Source: an uncultured Dysgonomonas sp. (GTDB lineage: Bacteria > Bacteroidota > Bacteroidia > Bacteroidales > Dysgonomonadaceae). Taken from it: a DNA stretch of 64,000 nucleotides. Numbering within the stretch: position 1 is the stretch's first letter; each line of letters begins with the position of its first letter. The position numbers and the translations under genes are program-made. Below the pieces are notes generated by a model. It was not told the DNA's origin, did not search any database, and was given only the letters and a program-made list of their open reading frames with translations. Below, piece after piece: positions 60,585 to 64,000 of the stretch. Location: contig CALNCC010000146.1 in assembly GCA_937875275.1 (NCBI GenBank), positions 12,229 through 76,228 on the forward strand, read 5' to 3'.

Positions 60585-60734
60585 CTTGGTTATAAATTTT
60601 TGATTTAATATTTTAATGATTAATTAATTTCGATTCTAAAGTTCGGCTGCCAAATTTCGCTATTTTTTTTGAATTACCGAAATTTGCCATTGTCTATATT
60701 GCCTCAACTTTCGTTTAACAAGAGAATAAAACGA

Positions 60735-60766
60735 GAAAAGGACCCCTTATTACGGGAATCCTTTTC
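60735..60766 (-). terminator. Probable terminator after the 60792..61664 gene
   Basis: AAAAGGA-CCC..GGG-AATCCTTTT imperfect stem flanked by A/T runs. Confidence 0.5.
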
Positions 60767-60791
60767 TGCAATATTTTCAATCCAACGGAAA

Positions 60792-61664
60792 TTATCCAAC
60801 CTCGATGATCAGGAATTTTCCAAGGCTCCAAAAACGTGTATAGTCTGCTATTTTCAATACCATATTTCCTGTGGCGTCTTTTTCGATTTTATAGCTGTCT
60901 TTCGGATGATCGGACAACACTTTTGCTTTCTTCGCATATACCGGTATTTCAGTGGTTTTGCGAATATCGATTGTAATGAATTTATTTTTATCGATTCCTT
61001 CATTCAACACTTTGGTAGATGATAAAAATCCTCCTGTAACAACTTTAGCTTCTTTCAATTCTTTTGAAGTACCAAACATATAATATGCGGCATTCAGCTC
61101 TTTGTCCTGTTCTTTTATCTTAGACGATTGTTCTTCTGTTTTAGCGGTCAAGTCTCCGACATTTCCTTCTAACGCTTTCACGCTCGTTTCCAACTCTGCT
61201 ATTTGCTTATCACGTGCGGCCAGTGATGTACGCAAATCATCGATGACTTTGGCTCTTTCGGTCAATTCGCCGTTAAGTCGTTCCACAATTTTCTTTAGCC
61301 CCGATACGTCACCCTGACTACTGCTGATCTTCTTATTCAGAGCACTTAGACTTTCTTTATTCTTTTTCAACAGATCGTTAATCATCTGGAAATCGTCTTT
61401 AATACGCACTTTCACATCCGACTTCACTTCACCTTTGCTCGTTGATTCTACGGTCAGATATTTCTCTGCTTCTCTGATCTGACTAAAATTCGATTCTACT
61501 TCATCAATAACACTCATCATATCCGACAACTCGGCATTTGCAGCCAAATTAAGTTGAGCTAATGAATCTTTTTCAATTTGGAGTTGTTTATACTCTTCTG
61601 AGTTTTTTACATTACACGATGCTAACATCATCACAGATAAGCATCCTACAAAAATTTTTTTCAT
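60792..61664 (-). CDS. Coiled-coil lipoprotein (Cbp1-like family found downstream of rsmI in Bacteroidales)
   Basis: Lipobox MLAS-C, long heptad region, AYYMFGTSKELKE, HPKDSY, FWSLGKFLII. Confidence 0.75.
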   Translation of the reverse strand: MKKIFVGCLSVMMLASCNVKNSEEYKQLQIEKDSLAQLNLAANAELSDMMSVIDEVESNFSQIREAEKYLTVESTSKGEVKSDVKVRIKDDFQMINDLLKKNKESLSALNKKISSSQGDVSGLKKIVERLNGELTERAKVIDDLRTSLAARDKQIAELETSVKALEGNVGDLTAKTEEQSSKIKEQDKELNAAYYMFGTSKELKEAKVVTGGFLSSTKVLNEGIDKNKFITIDIRKTTEIPVYAKKAKVLSDHPKDSYKIEKDATGNMVLKIADYTRFWSLGKFLIIEVG

Positions 61665-61681
61665 ATTAATTTCTTTTTAGA

Positions 61682-62371
61682 TTACTCTTTTTCTTTTCTT
61701 TTTTCACATCCAGATACAACTATAACAAACTCACCGCGTGGTTCGTTCATCGTAAAGTGCAAAGTTAATTCTTTTAATGTTCCCCGTACCGTTTCTTCAA
61801 ATTTTTTAGATATCTCTCTGCTTGCTGATGCAAATCGTTCTTCGCCAAAGAATTCGGAAAACTGAGATAATGTCTTCACTATCCGGTGAGGAGACTCATA
61901 AAAAACTAACGTAGACGGTTCTTCGGCAAGCTTTGTCAATCGGGTATTACGCCCTTTTTTGGGAGGAAGGAAACCCTCGAAATGAAATCTGTCGCATGGT
62001 ATTCCTGATACGACCAAGGCCGGAATTAAAGCAGTAGCTCCGGGTAAGCATTCTACTTCGACACCTGCTTTCACACACTCTCTGACCACAAGAAAACCAG
62101 GATCGGATATGCCGGGTGTACCGGCATCGGAAACTAAGGCGACATCTCCGCCGCCATTGAGCCGTTCGACGATAGATTGTACAGCCCTATGTTCATTAAA
62201 CTTGTGATAGGATTGAAGTTTATTCTGTATTTCGAAGTGCTTCAGCAATATTCCTGTTGTACGAGTATCCTCCGCTAAGATATAGTCGACCTCTTTCAGA
62301 ATGCGAATTGCCCTGAATGTGATATCTTCCATATTTCCGACGGGAGTTGGTACAATATAAAGTTTTCCCAT
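61682..62371 (-). CDS. rsmI: 16S rRNA (cytidine1402-2'-O)-methyltransferase
   Basis: PTPVGNMEDIT, AEDTR, VSDAGTPGISDPG, YESPHR, REISKKFE. Confidence 0.96.
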   Translation of the reverse strand: MGKLYIVPTPVGNMEDITFRAIRILKEVDYILAEDTRTTGILLKHFEIQNKLQSYHKFNEHRAVQSIVERLNGGGDVALVSDAGTPGISDPGFLVVRECVKAGVEVECLPGATALIPALVVSGIPCDRFHFEGFLPPKKGRNTRLTKLAEEPSTLVFYESPHRIVKTLSQFSEFFGEERFASASREISKKFEETVRGTLKELTLHFTMNEPRGEFVIVVSGCEKRKEKE

Positions 62372-62426
62372 ATTCTAATTTCGTTTCCGATGACAAATGT
62401 ATAACAAAATTAGGCGAAACGACAGA

Positions 62427-63206
62427 TTAGATTATACATTTTTCTTCTATCGATATACCAAATAAAGCAAAATCGTATTTTACGGGGTCTATTTCGTCCA
62501 ATAAAGACAAACGGTTTGTCAATTCCTTAGCAGCTAACCAATCAGCTTTCTGTCGATCCAGCAATCCCAGCTTACGAGCCGTACGCTCGACATGAACATC
62601 TAATGGGCATATCAAATTCTTAGGTTCAATCTTGTTCCAAATGCCAAAATCTACACCACAATCATCTTTGCGCACCATCCATCTCAGAAACATATTGAGA
62701 CGCTTGCATGCCGATTTCCTGTCGGGAGTTGATATATGTTTGCGTGTCCGTTGAGGAGCAAGCTCATCCCTGAAGAAATAATCACTGAAATGATTTAATC
62801 CGTCTTCGACTGACATATGAGGTTTAGGGAAGAATGCGTCTTCGAGACCATCGAACCGGCTGTAATGACGCTTCATAAAATCGACACAATATAATAGGTC
62901 TGTATCATTGAATGTCCGATGCTTAAATCCAAGCAATGATTTAACATCTGCCTCTGAGTGATTCGTTATAAAATCGTAAGGTTGACCATCCATCCGGACA
63001 GTCAGCTCACGGCATTTATTTATGATCGTTTTGCGTTGCCCCCAAGCAAATATAGAAGCAAAAAAAACCATTATTTCGATGTCCTGTTTCTTCTGAAAGC
63101 TATGAGGAATCACAATCGGATCATTCTCTATGAAAGACGTCCTATTATATAACACGACTTTTTCGTCCAAAAAAGCTTTTAGCTTAAGATAAGAGGAACT
63201 CTCCAT
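62427..63206 (-). CDS. TIGR02757 / DUF2400 family protein
   Basis: FIENDP, AWGQR, SACKRLNMFLRWMVR, PLDVHV, DPVKYDFALFG. Confidence 0.92.
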   Translation of the reverse strand: MESSSYLKLKAFLDEKVVLYNRTSFIENDPIVIPHSFQKKQDIEIMVFFASIFAWGQRKTIINKCRELTVRMDGQPYDFITNHSEADVKSLLGFKHRTFNDTDLLYCVDFMKRHYSRFDGLEDAFFPKPHMSVEDGLNHFSDYFFRDELAPQRTRKHISTPDRKSACKRLNMFLRWMVRKDDCGVDFGIWNKIEPKNLICPLDVHVERTARKLGLLDRQKADWLAAKELTNRLSLLDEIDPVKYDFALFGISIEEKCII

Positions 63207-63466
63207 TTACATATATAAAGTATTTGACGCGTGTAAAGATAATATTTTTCTTTCGATCACTTATCTGAAAAGAGATATCTATACGTAAAAACCAGTATTT
63301 TACATCCTAAAAAAAGGCAATTTTATAAAAAAAATTAAAAGAATATTTTTTCTTTCTTAATAAAAATAAATAGAGTAGCTTTGTGTGAAGGCTCCCAAAG
63401 GGTTATCAAGGAAAAGATTATTAAACAAAATAACTGTAAAACAATTCATTAACAATTTTTAAAAAC

Positions 63467-64000
63467 ATGAAAAAGAGTTTATTTCATTTGCTTTTTGCAT
63501 TTGCAATGATTACTGTTTTTGCTACTTCATGTGGTAGTAAGATGGGACCGCTTGCAAGTTCTTTATTCACAGCCGATCCTTCACCATTAGAACTCGTTGG
63601 AACCAAAGTTCCGGTTACGGTAAATGGTCGTTTCCCAGCAAAATGGTTTGACAAAAATGCTTCTATCACCGTTATTCCGTTGATTAAGTATAATGGAGGT
63701 GAAGTGATGGGCACATCTCAATCTTATCAAGGAGAAAAAGTTTCGGGTAATGGTATCGTCATCAATCAGGCGACAGGTGGAGCAATAACTCTGCGTTCAG
63801 AGTTCGACTATACTCCAGCTATGAAGAAGTCCGAACTTTACCTACGTTTTCTTGTAACCAAGAAAGGAAAAACAATAGCTATTCCTGATGTCAAAATCGC
63901 AGATGGAATTGTAGCCACAGCAGCTCTTGCTGATGCGAAAACAACGGCTCCGGCTATTGCTCCTGATGCCTTTAAGAGAATCATAGAAGAGGCTCACGAT
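63467..64000 (+). CDS. Conserved Bacteroidales lipoprotein (TPR-containing family), runs off the window; absent from the ORF track
   Basis: MKKSLFHLLFAFAMITVFATS-CGSKMGPL..PSPLELVGTKVPVTVNGRFPAKWF..YQGEKV.GN, open to the window end; -7 box TAGCTTTG at 63376. Confidence 0.8.
   Translation, partial: MKKSLFHLLFAFAMITVFATSCGSKMGPLASSLFTADPSPLELVGTKVPVTVNGRFPAKWFDKNASITVIPLIKYNGGEVMGTSQSYQGEKVSGNGIVINQATGGAITLRSEFDYTPAMKKSELYLRFLVTKKGKTIAIPDVKIADGIVATAALADAKTTAPAIAPDAFKRIIEEAHD

Noticed and set aside
202-63714. Numerous 60-220 aa ORFs antisense to or nested in real genes (e.g. 5438..6007, 24161..24772, 26212..26880, 52577..53233, 58944..59474)
   Set aside because: Shadow ORFs of well-supported genes, with no motifs or independent expression signals.
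1-64000. CRISPR array, rRNA, tmRNA, retron/RT or recognisable defence operon
   Set aside because: I found no regularly spaced repeats and no cas, RT or restriction motifs; smpB is present without an adjacent ssrA.

Overview
Mostly core-genome DNA of a Bacteroidota bacterium (Bacteroidales, Dysgonomonas-like, judged from gene content and TAnnTTTG promoter boxes). It holds about 50 CDS (metH, smpB, der, dapA, ruvB, pheT, yebC, tamB, mlaE/F, xth, aroC, recR, pfp, rsmI and others) and one tRNA-Arg(ACG). I saw no rRNA or CRISPR array. Accessory DNA is limited to three places. (1) A ~1.5 kb relic island behind tRNA-Arg (18016-19545), not shown by the ORF track: an integrase N-terminal scrap joined to a phage terminase C-terminal scrap, one intact orphan ORF, an IS3 right end and a TlpA pseudogene. 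(2) An internally deleted IS3-family element (58078-58923). (3) Tandem DUF6056 GT-C-like genes between smpB and metH. Short deletions recur across the window (DUF5686 gene, ruvB, flotillin, terminase relic, IS3) and may be biological or assembly error. I cannot demonstrate a complete new system. The best candidates for unexplored biology are the orphan receiver-domain/ATP-grasp ('PEP synthase-like') protein, the DUF6056 pair with a distant GtrA, the membrane-MutS/DUF2851/DUF6051 cluster, and an apparently obligatory ATC start for tamB. All family assignments come from motif recognition, not database searches.
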